From NCBI GenBank assembly GCA_964036045.1, contig OZ038379.1, positions 13,082,001 through 13,146,000 of the forward strand: DNA of 64,000 nt, read 5' to 3'. Made by a program: the position numbers and the translations under genes. Source of the stretch: Eutreptiella sp. 'Long Island Sound 2002' (lineage: Eukaryota > Protista > Euglenida). The notes beneath the pieces were generated by a model that was given only the letters and a program-made list of their open reading frames with translations, was not told the DNA's origin and ran no database searches. Of this stretch, positions 1 through 14,399 are shown piece after piece. How positions within the stretch are numbered: position 1 is the first letter of the stretch; every line of letters begins with the position of its first letter.

Positions 1-3000
1 CAGTCCAACAGGGAACATAAGTAAAATCAATGGCACGTCATAGAGCTGGGTAAAATGTCATCCTCCCATCGAACATAAATTTGCAACACCGGAACTAGAA
101 ATATGCAAAAAAGAAAAGGGGATGCACACTTAAATCGTCAAGATCAATCCACTAATCTCCATATCCACTGCACCACTGTTGTTGTTCTGTTCACATTGTC
201 TCTCAAATGAACACAATGCCCTGTGAATCTCACGCTCAATGGGTCTACCAAAGTGAGTCACTCACGTTGGTAACATTACTGTTAGATAGACATGTCATCA
301 CAGCTCAGCTACCTCAGCTACCGAGGCCTTGCGGATCACAGCAGCGTAAAGCCATGGCATGATATCCACGTTGCTTATTGGGTAGATAGATTTACTAGTG
401 TTGCATTTGTTCTTCAACCTGGATATGTCCATCACCACCCACATTCTATCTGCACATCTACCATATTGTATCATTGAAATATAATCGCAGCCACCAGCTG
501 TGCAGATACTTTAGCCAACCCTTTCACAGCCACATGCAGATCCATCTTCCATTCGCCTTTCAGTCCAACAGGGAACACAATTGAAATCATAGTTGGTCAT
601 CGAGCTGGGTAAGGTCTCATCATGGCACTTACATAACACAAACACCTGCATCTGAACACAAAAAGTGTCACCAACAGCAAAGGCGTATCAGATTGAGGAC
701 TGGAAGAATGGGTCACATCATTGCTCAGCAACACTACTCATCATTCGCCACCAAGAAATAGCACCTGCAACATCCCAAACATCGATCTTTCGGAACATGC
801 CTCCGGGAGGGCACACCCACACCTTGTGGCTCAATGAAAGAGTGTAACACAGCCAACACCAGTTCTACGCAATGCCACAAATCCCAATCTCCAATGAGGT
901 GATTCAGCAGTGGTTGAGGACATGTGGAACATCAGCAATCAGCAAATACACAAACTCATCACAACCTCAGTACGTGTAATGGCCATTGATGAAATGCTTA
1001 GGCAGTGGTTCAGGATTGTCTTGACATCATGAACACAAATAGCATAAGTCCCCCTGACAGAAAGCTCACAGGCAGAGACTCTGTGTTGGCAAATACAAAA
1101 CATAAATGCACTGTACAAATCAGACTGACATATGAAGCAACAACACATTCTAACCTCACATGTACAAACATGAAAAAATGCAAACACTGGACAAACCAAA
1201 AGAGCTGGCTAACCTAAATGGCACACGGAGTCAATTGTACGTCTTCTACGCAACATAGCTAAGATTTGATTGTACCAACCTTTCACAAGAGAGAAACAAA
1301 CTCCTAGACAGCTACCATGCATTGTGCATCTGAAAGCCTTCACCACTCTTGGATGTTTTTTGTTTTGTCAGTGTGCCAGTCTGCTCTGTTAAAGCGAGAT
1401 GTATCAATGATGAAAACCAAAACAGACACAGTGTCACCCATGCAGCAGTGGTGCATGGCTGTGCACCTACACCATCAGATTAGTCTGTCCTGCTTGGCTG
1501 GACCCTAGCACAGCAAACGTACCTTACATTGCAACCATTGTGTGCATGTGCACAATGCAACAACACTATCTGCAATATACACAGACAACATTGCATCCCA
1601 TCAGTCAATATTCGTTTAAGCATGTATCGATCAGACAAATGCCTCAAAGCATCACATTTTCTTGGAACCCTTGGCCCACTGGTTTTTCTACACCCTACAG
1701 TGCACACTCAAAATCATCATCTATCTTCTACAGCAACACATACCCCCATCTGATGACACCCAAACAACGACAACAAAGCAACGCATGGCCATGATGCAGG
1801 AATTGTGGCAGGAATGGTTTAACATCAAGCTTCAGCTACAAATTAAAATCCCCATTGCACAATATTACATCCAAATGTACAAATCAACAACCAAGTGTGA
1901 CTCCTAACATCATACCCTAAAAATACAAGCAAGAAAGACACTTGGATACCCTGTTTTTGGATAAGGAGGTGCGATGTCTCAGTCCAACAGGGAACATAAG
2001 TAAAATCAATGGCACGTCATAGAGCTGGGTAAAATGTCATCCTCCCATCGAACATAAATTTGCAACACCGGAACTAGAAATATGCAAAAAAGAAAAGGGG
2101 ATGCACACTTAAATCGTCAAGATCAATCCACTAATCTCCATATCCACTGCACCACTGTTGTTGTTCTGTTCACATTGTCTCTCAAATGAACACAATGCCC
2201 TGTGAATCTCACGCTCAATGGGTCTACCAAAGTGAGTCACTCACGTTGGTAACATTACTGTTAGATAGACATGTCATCATAGCTCAGCTACCTCAGCTAC
2301 CGAGGCCTTGCGGATCACAGCAGCGTAAAGCCATGGCATGATATCCACGTTGCTTATTGGGTAGATAGATTTACTAGTGTTGCATTTGTTCTTCAACCTG
2401 GATATGTCCATCACCACCCACATTCTATCTGCACATCTACCATATTGTATAATTGAAATATAATCGCAGCCACCAGCTGTGCAGATACTTTAGCCAACCC
2501 TTTCACAGCCACATGCAGATCCATCTTCCATTCGCCTTTCAGTCCAACAGGGAACACAATTGAAATCATAATTGGTCATCGAGCTGGGTAAGGTCTCATC
2601 ATGGCGCTTACATAACACAAACAACTGCATCTGAACACAAAAAGTGTCACCAACAGCAAAGACGTATCAGATTGAGGACTGGAAGAATGGGTCACATCAT
2701 TGCTCAGCAACACTACTCATCATTCGCCACCAAGAAATAGCACCTGCAACATCCCAAACATCGATCTTTCGGAACATGCCTCCGGGAGGGCACACCCACA
2801 CCTTGTGGCTCAATGAAAGAGTGTAACACAGCCAACACCAGTTCTACGCAATGCCACAAATCCCAATCTACAATGAGGTGATTCAGCAGTGGTTGAGGAC
2901 GTGTGGAACATCAGCAATCAGCAAATACACAAACTCATCACAACCTCAGTACGTGTAATGGCCATTGATGAAATGCTTAGGCAGTGGTTGAGGATTGTCT

Positions 3001-6000
3001 TGACATCATGAACACAAATAGCATAAGTCCCCCTGACAGAAAGCTCACAGGCAGAGACTCTGTGTTGGCAAATACAAAACATAAATGCACTGTACAAATC
3101 AGACTGACGTATGAAGCAACAACACATTCTAACCTCACATGTACAAACATGAACAAATGCAAACACTGGACAAACCAAAAGAGCTGGCTAACCTAAATGG
3201 CACACGGAGTCAATTGTACGTCTTTTACGCAACATAGCTAAGATTTGATTGTACCAACCTTTCACAAGAGAGAAACAAACTCCTAGCCAGCTACCATGCA
3301 TTGTGCATCTGAAAGCCTTCACCACTCTTGGATGTTTTTTGTTTTGTCAGTGTGCCAGTCTGCTCTGTTAAAGCGAGATGTATCAATGATGAAAACCAAA
3401 ACAGACACAGTGTCACCTATGCAGCAGTGGTGCATGGCTGTGCACCTACACCATCAGATTAGTCTGTCCTGCTTGGCTGGACCCTAGCACAGCAAACGTA
3501 CCTTACATTGCAACCATTGTGTGCATGTGCACAATGCAACAACACTATCTGCAATATACACAGACAACATTGCATCCCATCAGTCAATATTCGTTTAAGC
3601 ATGTATCGATCAGACAAATGCCTCAAAGCATCACATTTTCTTGGAACCCTTGGCCCACTGGTTTTTCTACACTCTACAGTGCACACTCAAAATCATCATC
3701 TATCTTCTACAGCAACACATACCCCCATCTGATGACACCCAAACAACGACAACAAAGCAACGCATGGCCATGATGCAGGAATTGTGGCAGGAATGGTTTA
3801 ACATCAAGCTTCAGCCACAAATTAAAATCCCCATTGCACAATATTACATCCAAATGTACAAATCAACAACCAAGTGTGACTCCTAACATCATGCCCCAAA
3901 AATACAAGCAAGAAAGACACTTGGATACCCTGTTTCTGGATAAGGAGGTGCGATGTCTCAGTCCAACAGGGAACATAAGTAAAATCAATGGCACGTCATA
4001 GAGCTGGGTAAAATGTCATCTTCCCATCGAACATAAATTTGCAACACCGGAACTAGAAATATGCAAAAAAGAAAAGGGGATGCACACTTAAATCGTCAAG
4101 ATCAATCCACTAATCTCCATATCCACTGCACCACTGTTGTTGTTCTGTTCACATTGTCTCTCAAATGAACACAATGCCCTGTGAATCTCACGCTCAATGG
4201 GTCTACCAAAGTGAGTCACTCACGTTGGTAACATTACTGTTAGATAGACATGTCATCACAGCTCAGCTACCTCAGCTACCGAGGCCTTGCGGATCACAGC
4301 AGCGTAAAGCCATGGCATGATATCCACGTTGCTTATTGGGTAGATAGATTTACTAGTGTTGCATTTGTTCTTCAACCTGGATATGTCCATCACCACCCAC
4401 ATTCTATCTGCACATCTACCATATTGTATAATTGAAATATAATCGCAGCCACCAGCTGTGCAGATACTTTAGCCAACCCTTTCACAGCCACATGCAGATC
4501 CATCTTCCATTCGCCTTTCAGTCCAACAGGGAACACAATTGAAATCATAGTTGGTCATCGAGCTGGGTAAGGTCTCATCATGGCACTTACATAACAGAAA
4601 CACCTGCATCTGAACACAAAAAGTGTCACCAACAGCAAAGGCGTATCAGATTGAGGACTGGAAGAATGGGTCACATCATTGCTCAGCAACACTACTCATC
4701 ATTCGCCACCAAGAAATAGCACCTGCAACATCCCAAACATCGATCTTTCGGAACATGCCTCCGGGAGGGCACACCCACACCTTGTGGCTCAATGAAAGAG
4801 TGTAACACAGCCAACACCAGTTCTACGCAATGCCACAAATCCCAATCTCCAATGAGGTGATTCAGCAGTGGTTGAGGACATGTGGAACATCAGCAATCAG
4901 CAAATACACAAACTCATCACAACCTCAGTACGTGTAATGGCCATTGATGAAATGCTTAGGCAGTGGTTGAGGATTGTCTTGACATCATGAACACAAATAG
5001 CATAAGTCCCCCTGACAGAAAGCTCACAGGCAGAGACTCTGTGTTGGCAAATACAAAACATAAATGCACTGTACAAATCAGACTGACGTATGAAGCAACA
5101 ACACATTCTAACCTCACATGTACAAACATGAAAAAATGCAAACACTGGACAAACCAAAAGAGCTGGCTAACCTAAATGGCACACGGAGTCAATTGTACGT
5201 CTTTTACGCAACATAGCTAAGATTTGATTGTACCAACCTTTCACAAGAGAGAAACAAACTCCTAGCCAGCTACCATGCATTGTGCATCTGAAAGCCTTCA
5301 CCACTCTTGGATGTTTTTTGTTTTGTCAGTGTGCCAGTCTGCTCTGTTAAAGCGAGATGTATCAATGATGAAAACCAAAACAGACACAGTGTCACCCATG
5401 CAGCAGTGGTGCATGGCTGTGCACCTACACCATCAGATTAGTCTGTCCTGCTTGGCTGGACCCTAGCACAGCAAACGTACCTTACATTGCAACCATTGTG
5501 TGCATGTGCACAATGCAACAACACTATCTGCAATATACATAGACAACATTGCATCCCATCAGTCAATATTCGTTTAAGCATGTATCGATCAGACAAATGC
5601 CTCAAAGCATCACATTTTCTTGGAACCCTTGGCCCACTGGTTTTTCTACACCCTACAGTGCACACTCAAAATCATCATCTATCTTCTACAGCAACACATA
5701 CCCCCATCTGATGACACCCAAACAACGACAACAAAGCAACGCATGGCCATGATGCAGGAATTGTGGCAGGAATGGTTTAACATCAAGCTTCAGCTACAAA
5801 TTAAAATCCCCATTGCACAATATTACATCCAAATGTACAAATCAACAACCAAGTGTGACTCCTAACATCATACCCTAAAATTACAAGCAAGAAAGACACT
5901 TGGATACCCTGTTTCTGGATAAGGAGGTGCGATGTCTCAGTCCAACAGGGAACATAAGTAAAATCAATGGCACGTCATAGAGCTGGGTAAAATGTCATCC

Positions 6001-9000
6001 TCCCATCGAACATAAATTTGCAACACCGGAACTAGAAATATGCAAAAAAGAAAAGGGGATGCACACTTAAATCGTCAAGATCAATCCACTAATCTCCATA
6101 TCCACTGCACCACTGTTGTTGTTCTGTTCACATTGTCTCTCAAATGAACACAATGCCCTGTGAATCTCACGCTCAATGGGTCTACCAAAGTGAGTCACTC
6201 ACGTTGGTAACATTACTGTTAGATAGACATGTCATCACAGCTCAGCTACCTCAGCTACCGAGGCCTTGCGGATCACAGCAGCGTAAAGCCATGGCATGAT
6301 ATCCACGTTGCTTATTGGGTAGATAGATTTACTAGTGTTGCATTTGTTCTTCAACCTGGATATGTCCATCACCACCCACATTCTATCTGCACATCTACCA
6401 TATTGTATAATTGAAATATAATCGCAGCCACCAGCTGTGCAGATACTTTAGCCAACCCTTTCACAGCCACATGCAGATCCATCTTCCATTCGCCTTTCAG
6501 TCCAACAGGGAACACAATTGAAATCATAGTTGGTCATCGAGCTGGGTAAGGTCTCATCATGGCGCTTACATAACACAAACACCTGCATCTGAACACAAAA
6601 AGTGTCACCAACAGCAAAGGCGTATCAGATTGAGGACTGGAAGAATGGGTCACATCATTGCTCAGCAACACTACTCATCATTCGCCACCAAGAAATAGCA
6701 CCTGCAACATCCCAAACATCGATCTTTCGGAACATGCCTCCGGGAGGGCACACCCACACCTTGTGGCTCAATGAAAGAGTGTAACACAGCCAACACCAGT
6801 TCTACGCAATGCCACAAATCCCAATCTCCAATGAGGTGATTCAGCAGTGGTTGAGGACATGTGGAACATCAGCAATCAGCAAATACACAAACTCATCACA
6901 ACCTCAGTACGTGTAATGGCCATTGATGAAATGCTTAGGCAGTGGTTGAGGATTGTCTTGACATCATGAACACAAATAGCATAAGTCCCCCTGACAGAAA
7001 GCTCACAGGCAGAGACTCTGTGTTGGCAAATACAAAACATAAATGCACTGTACAAATCAGACTGACGTATGAAGCAACAACACATTCTAACCTCACATGT
7101 ACAAACATGAAAAAATGCAAACACTGGACAAACCAAAAGAGCTGGCTAACCTAAATGGCACACGGAGTCAATTGTACGTCTTTTACGCAACATAGCTAAG
7201 ATTTGATTGTACCAACCTTTCACAAGAGAGAAACAAACTCCTAGCCAGCTACCATGCATTGTGCATCTGAAAGCCTTCACCACTCTTGGATGTTTTTTGT
7301 TTTGTCAGTGTGCCAGTCTGCTCTGTTAAAGCGAGATGTATCAATGATGAAAACCAAAACAGACACAGTGTCACCCATGCAGCAGTGGTGCATGGCTGTG
7401 CACCTACACCATCAGATTAGTCTGTCCTGCTTGGCTGGACCCTAGCACAGCAAACGTACCTTACATTGCAACCATTGTGTGCATGTGCACAATGCAACAA
7501 CACTATCTGCAATATACATAGACAACATTGCATCCCATCAGTCAATATTCGTTTAAGCATGTATCGATCAGACAAATGCCTCAAAGCATCACATTTTCTT
7601 GGAACCCTTGGCCCACTGGTTTTTCTACACCCTACAGTGCACACTCAAAATCATCATCTATCTTCTACAGCAACACATACCCCCATCTGATGACACCCAA
7701 ACAACGACAACAAAGCAACGCATGGCCATGATGCAGGAATTGTGGCAGGAATGGTTTAACATCAAGCTTCAGCTACAAATTAAAATCCCCATTGCACAAT
7801 ATTACATCCAAATGTACAAATCAACAACCAAGTGTGACTCCTAACATCATACCCTAAAATTACAAGCAAGAAAGACACTTGGATACCCTGTTTCTGGATA
7901 AGGAGGTGCGATGTCTCAGTCCAACAGGGAACATAAGTAAAATCAATGGCACGTCATAGAGCTGGGTAAAATGTCATCCTCCCATCGAACATAAATTTGC
8001 AACACCGGAACTAGAAATATGCAAAAAAGAAAAGGGGATGCACACTTAAATCGTCAAGATCAATCCACTAATCTCCATATCCACTGCACCACTGTTGTTG
8101 TTCTGTTCACATTGTCTCTCAAATGAACACAATGCCCTGTGAATCTCACGCTCAATGGGTCTACCAAAGTGAGTCACTCACGTTGGTAACATTACTGTTA
8201 GATAGACATGTCATCACAGCTCAGCTACCTCAGCTACCGAGGCCTTGCGGATCACAGCAGCGTAAAGCCATGGCATGATATCCACGTTGCTTATTGGGTA
8301 GATAGATTTACTAGTGTTGCATTTGTTCTTCAACCTGGATATGTCCATCACCACCCACATTCTATCTGCACATCTACCATATTGTATAATTGAAATATAA
8401 TCGCAGCCACCAGCTGTGCAGATACTTTAGCCAACCCTTTCACAGCCACATGCAGATCCATCTTCCATTCGCCTTTCAGTCCAACAGGGAACACAATTGA
8501 AATCATAGTTGGTCATCGAGCTGGGTAAGGTCTCATCATGGCGCTTACATAACACAAACACCTGCATCTGAACACAAAAAGTGTCACCAACAGCAAAGGC
8601 GTATCAGATTGAGGACTGGAAGAATGGGTCACATCATTGCTCAGCAACACTACTCATCATTCGCCACCAAGAAATAGCACCTGCAACATCCCAAACATCG
8701 ATCTTTCGGAACATGCCTCCGGGAGGGCACACCCACACCTTGTGGCTCAATGAAAGAGTGTAACACAGCCAACACCAGTTCTACGCAATGCCACAAATCC
8801 CAATCTCCAATGAGGTGATTCAGCAGTGGTTGAGGACGTGTGGAACATCAGCAATCAGCAAATACACAAACTCATCACAACCTCAGTACGTGTAATGGCC
8901 ATTGATGAAATGCTTAGGCAGTGGTTCAGGATTGTCTTGACATCATGAACACAAATAGCATAAGTCCCCCTGACAGAAAGCTCACAGGCAGAGACTCTGT

Positions 9001-10132
9001 GTTGGCAAATACAAAACATAAATGCACTGTACAAATCAGACTGACGTATGAAGCAACAACACATTCTAACCTCACATGCACAAACATGAAAAAATGCAAA
9101 CACTGGACAAACCAAAAGAGCTGGCTAACCTAAATGGCACACGGAGTCAATTGTACGTCTTCTACGCAAGATAGCTAAGATTTGATTGTACCAACCTTTC
9201 ACAAGAGAGAAACAAACTCCTAGACAGCTACCATGCATTGTGCATCTTAAAGCCTTCACCACTCTTGGATGTTTTTTGTTTTGTCAGTGTGCCAGTCTGC
9301 TCTGTTAAAGCGAGATGTATCAATGATGAAAACCAAAACAGACACAGTGTCACCTATGCAGCAGTGGTGCATGGCTGTGCACCTACACCATCAGATTAGT
9401 CTGTCCTGCTTGGCTGGACCCTAGCACAGCAAACGTACCTTACATTGCAACCATTGTGTGCATGTGCACAATGCAACAACACTATCTGCAATATACACAG
9501 ACAACATTGCATCCCATCAGTCAATATTCGTTTAAGCATGTATCGATCAGACAAATGCCTCAAAGCATCACATTTTCTTGGAACCCTTGGCCCACTGGTT
9601 TTTCTACACCCTACAGTGCACACTCAAAATCATCATCTATCTTCTACAGCAACACATATCCCCATCGGATGACACCCAAACAACGACAACAAAGCAACGC
9701 ATGGCCATGATGCAGGAATTGTGGCAGGAATGGTTTAACATCAAGCTTCAGCTACAAATTAAAATCCCCATTGCACAATATTACATCCAAATGTACAAAT
9801 CAACAACCAAGTGTGACTCCTAACATCATGCCCTAAAAATACAAGCAAGAAAGACACTTGGATACCCTGTTTTTGGATAAGGAGGTGCGATGTCTCAGTC
9901 CAACAGGGAACATAAGTAAAATCAATGGCACGTCATAGAGCTGGGTAAAATGTCATCCTCCCATCGAACATAAATTTGCAACACCGGAACTAGAAATATG
10001 CAAAAAAGAAAAGGGGATGCACACTTAAATCGTCAAGATCAATACACTAATCTCCATATCCACTGTACCATTGTTCTGGTCACATTGTCTCTCACATGAA
10101 CACAATGCCCTGTGAATCTCACGCTCAATGGG
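1..10132 (+). repeat. 1979-bp tandem macrosatellite, type A block (5 full units plus a 237-bp partial unit; open at the left window edge)
   Basis: The anchor cagtccaacagggaacataag recurs at 1, 1980, 3959, 5938, 7917 and 9896 (period 1979). The ORF track repeats with the same period and only scattered substitutions. Homology ends at ...ctcaatggg (10132). Confidence 0.98.
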
Positions 10133-10149
10133 ACACGAGAAAAAACCCC

Positions 10150-10485
10150 TCCCTTCTCGGGGTCAGATCTGGCTGGAATTGCTATGTACCCCTTGTTTTC
10201 CTGGGGGTCCCCAACAAAGGTGACAAAATCAGAAACGGGTACACAACCCGTGCCTCGTCGGGACCCCAAAATTGGGCAGAATTGCTACGTACCCCCTACG
10301 GTCTTGGGATCCCCAGAAAAGGGGACAAAATAAGAAGTGGATGCATAACCCCTGCCCTCTCGGGGGCGAAAACTGGGCAGAATTGCGACGTACACCTTTT
10401 AGGGGCTCCCCAGAGAGGGGTACAAAATCAGAACTGCTCCATAACTCCAGCCTTTTCGGGGGCCCAGAAGTGGGCGAACTTGGGA
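10150..10485 (+). repeat. Degenerate tandem repeat of about 105-110 bp (caaaatcagaa / cccctgcc-tctcgggg / aagtgggc family)
   Basis: Three diverged copies of gaattgc-acgtac...ggggtcccca...caaaatcagaa...; shares motifs with the reverse complement of the 85-bp repeat at 55010-55222. Confidence 0.7.
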
Positions 10486-10840
10486 GGGAGGTAAGGAGGC
10501 AGTGGGGTAGTTTATCAGGGGAGGGGGGGGGGGGGTCATTTGGCAGCCGTCCGTGGTGAGCGGTCCGCCCCAGGGTAGCAATGGCTACAGACACTGTAAT
10601 CCACACACACCGCTCAACTCGTACCGTACTGCTGCACATGATGGTCCACATTGCTTCCGCTCCATTCACCAATCTGCGACCCTTGCAGTTGACAGTTGTG
10701 GGTGGGAGGTGAGGGAGGCGGGGGGGGGGGGGGGGAGGGGGTGCACAGGAAGCAGGAAAGAGGCACAAAGGGCAGACACCCGAAACCAGACCGGCAGCGG
10801 GGGAGCCCAGGGCTGAAGGCTGTCAAGGTCCCATAGGAGC

Positions 10841-11230
10841 GTGGCGGCTCTGCCTGAGCGGACCCAGTGGTCACCCGGCTGTCGAAGCACCCACCAGATG
10901 ACGCCGCAGTTGAGGACGAAGACCCACCGCAGCCGGGCCGGCCATAGGGCGCTGGCGACATTGTTCCGGCCGCGGTGGAAGGCGCGGACGAGGCTACGGA
11001 GCAGAAAGCGCATGTGGGGCACATAGAAGACGAAGCCATCCTCTGTCATGGCCATTTGGAGGGTTCGCTGCGACGTGTCCACGCAGTAGGTGTGCAGCCC
11101 GAGGGCGGGCACGGGGGCGACAGCTTGGCGGGCCTCAGCCATGGTGCGGGAGCAGCAGCAACCAGCAGAGCTCTAGGCACGCGGCAAAAGACCTGCAAGA
11201 CGGGGGCGATGAGAGCATTGGACAATCCCT
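10841..11230 (+). pseudogene. Possible decayed C-terminal fragment of a LINE ORF2
   Basis: One frame with several stops reads ...LRSRKRMWGT*KTKPSSVMAIWRVRCDV..., resembling WAMWSARSAH(W)RYRCE at the end of the zinc-finger region of the 41.8-kb ORF2. Confidence 0.3.
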
Positions 11231-12324
11231 GGTGCCCCTGCGTGTACCTGACTGTCTGTGTGCAGTTAGCATATGGGATCCACTGTCAATCGGCGTTGGT
11301 AAGGCACACGAAACCAACTCGGGCGGGCCCTGCAGGGCTACAGGGGCTGGGAAAATACAGCCCAGTAATCTCGCCACACTTGATATACCCAAAGCCCCAA
11401 GAGCCATACGCCTGAATGCCTCCCAAAAAAAACAGAAAAAGGGTGCAGAAAAAGGAGGCTCCAGAATTTGCAACCCATTGCCACACCATTGGCAGAAAAC
11501 TCTGTTTTTGAGGAGGACAATGTTGATGCAAAAATCCCATCAGGGACCCCACACAAATGCAGAAGTGCATGTGACAGCCTTATGCACAGGCACACATACA
11601 CCCTTGCGCAACCACCAGCAATGCTGCACCGCTTGACCAGCAGGTGGCCATTTTGGACGCTGAACTTTTGACCAGCGGGTGTCCAATGGCCATGGATCCA
11701 ACAGCAGTGTCATAAAATGTGCCCTTTGAACAGGGTGTAGCTGCTCCCCACCCGCACAAAAGACTTTTCCTAACACTGCTGCCCCATCTTGTCCAAACCA
11801 TGCACTGTCTCAGCCACACTCCGCCACACTCCCCAGTGGAACCATTACTATTTTTTGTGCCCCAATTTAATTCGGTAGCATGTCACAGTTCCCCTTGTCA
11901 GTTTTCTTTTTCTTTTTCGTGTGCTGCAATTCTGACAATTTTCTGTTTGGAGGCAAGTTTTTGAATTGTTTGCAATACTCAAATATTTGTGGTTTGCATA
12001 CACCATTTTCATATGCTGAGATACTTGAGATACTTGTGGCTGATATCCCCCCCTTGGCGGAGGTCCTAGGGGGAATCTTTGCACTGCGCGTGCACTGCAC
12101 GCGCACTGCGCGCTACTTTTAGACTATGTTCCCCCTGAAGAGCCCCCAAGCAAACCCCTTGGAAACGCCCTTAGAACTAGGTGACCCAAGCTGCCCCAGC
12201 TCAAGAAACTTGCAAACTCCCTTCCCTTCACATAACACACATCATGCACAACTGGAAAAGCCATGAACAGCGCATTGGTCGCCACCCTCAAGAACACACA
12301 ACTGTCTTTCTGTTCCATTGTCAA

Positions 12325-12555
12325 CTAAGTACACATGGACTCCATCTTGCATTGGCGATTCACCACCCGTAGTGCATCTTGGTAGTACTCCAAGTGGATG
12401 AGCCCATCTCCCGCCATCCCAACCACCGTGGCAGGAACTCGCACGCCATTGGAGCGGGTGTAGAACACCCTATCGCCAAGACTCAAATCCATGAAGAAAG
12501 TGTGTCTAAGAAAGGAGGAGGGGGGTGTGAAGTCCTTTAGCATATGTGCAAGCAC
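12325..12555 (-). other. Short ORF with a Tudor/SH3-like beta pattern, probably part of a repeat
   Basis: MDLSLGDRVFYTRSNGVRVPATVVGMAGDGLIHLEYYQD; fold assignment is by pattern only. Confidence 0.3.
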
Positions 12556-12855
12556 GATAGATCAATGTGTGCACACGAGCACTGCGCCTTGCCATGCCTT
12601 GACACAAACGTGCTACGCCTTGCAAAACCTCCGCTAGGGGTCACCATGATGCCCCTAGGGGCCCCTAGCATCTCAAATCGTATGTGTGCAGGCTGATGTG
12701 CATCGTTCACGTGCTCTCATGCTGGGTTGCTCTAAGCGGGCGCAGAAATACAAGGTACCTGGGCACTGAAAAAGCATTAGTCTCCCCTGCGACGCGCTCA
12801 CAATGCGCAAGTCAATGGGCGCTGACGTTGTAGGCGTGCTCTGCGCCGGGAGCCA

Positions 12856-13700
12856 CTAACATCTGTGGACTTGTGGACTGGATTGAAATCCAGAGTCAAG
12901 TTTGGACCCCGGCGTGAGATGTGGTGGGGTGGGCATGGAGACCAAACCAAGTGCTGTGTGTGGGGAGGGAGGGGTCAGTGGGGGGCTTTCGTCTGCTGTG
13001 TGTAACATGGGGTGTTTGCAAATGTCCTGTGCTGAGGTGCTTGAGGTGGATTGTGGGCTCCTTAGGCGACAGTGTCTGCGCGTTGAAGTGACATCTGTGG
13101 AAAACGAGAATGTCATGCCTGGTGGGGTGAATGTGGTGTCTGGTGTGTGTGGGCTAAGGTCATCATCTTCTGGGCTCGCGAGGACAAAACCATCGCCTTC
13201 TCCGTGTGATGAAGGGGTGGAAGCAACGGACAGAGTCTCGTGACTGGACCCTGGGGCGTGAGCCGCGCTCAAATGTGAGCCACTGTTTGAATCCGACGAG
13301 TGGGGGTCCACGAGTGGGGGAGAAGAGTAATTGCCTGCTGACCGGGTCGGTGGCATCCAGCGGCTTCAAAGGGCTATCGGGTTCACTGGGGGGGCTGCAA
13401 AAAAATGAGGGGGGGGGGGGGGGTTCATCATGGTACAGCACATTCGGCCAGTTCTGCAAGGTCATTTGCTTCCTCATTTCCTGGTATGCCTTGATGCAAG
13501 GGACGCGAAGCCATTCCAGCACTGCTACGTGAGAGTCTAAAAGTGTGCTCCAAAGGTTTGCAAGTGCCAATGGCCTTGTGGTTGTGCACCATCTGCGGGC
13601 ACGCCATTTACAGGCACGGAGCTGTAATGTGGACATGGGGGAGGGGATCTGCTTGATTTTGCAACAGGGTTGCCACCAGTGGGCAGGCCGCACCTAAGGG
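12856..13700 (-). pseudogene. Decayed 3' fragment of an RNase H-bearing LINE (RNase H C-terminal half plus Ser-rich tail)
   Basis: Across frameshifts it reads KWRARRWCTTT...LWSTLL...VLEWLRVP / GIPGNEEANDLAE. The tail contains TFSFSTDVTSTRR, matching TLSFSTDVSDTRR at about 40.66 kb. Confidence 0.75.
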
Positions 13701-14399
13701 GACAAGGATACATGGCTTCTTGAAATGTGCACACCACAGCCTCTCTGTTGCTTACTTCAGGGCCCCTTAGATATTACTTTATTGTCACCAGTCAGCTGAA
13801 CCACTCAACAACTTCGAAGTGCATCTGCGCCCTGGTTTGCCCCTCCGTGTATGACAAATTGTGTGCTCGAAGCTATGGAGGTCTCACACAGCATCTTCCT
13901 ATGCAACACAGTTTCAGTGAATGCTGATTGCATCAATCCAACTTTAGTATCAGCAGCTGAGGAGTGGGAATGCACACTCAGTAAGCAGATGTAGTGTGAC
14001 AGGGCAGGGGATCTGGGCCTGCAATCCCCTGTTTCGGTGTGCTCTCCTGTTCAAAACATGTGTGTGTCTCTTAAACCAGCAGTGCGAAGACCAATTGGTG
14101 CTAAACACCCATCCAATAGAATGCTGGTTTTGGAAAATGGAACTTGGAAAATAGGATGCAAACATGAGCAAATTTTTTGGAGGTGGGAAAGAAAAGGGGG
14201 CGTGGGGTGAATCTAATTTAGATGATAATTGAGAATGAAACAGAAAACCAAATAGCAAATTTAGCAAAAGGAAGCAAATGAGGGAGGGGAGCTGCGCCTG
14301 CCTGCCTGCCACCCAGCGAAACCTTTGTTTGCCCAGTGGGGGGGGGGGGGGGCACTTGCATTGCCCACACTGCATGCACCATGAAAGCTATTTCAACGC

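Noticed and set aside
1930-1950. SL-like string agtgtctttcttg on the minus strand of the unit
   Set aside because: Too short and lacks the CTTTCTGAG part; likely chance.
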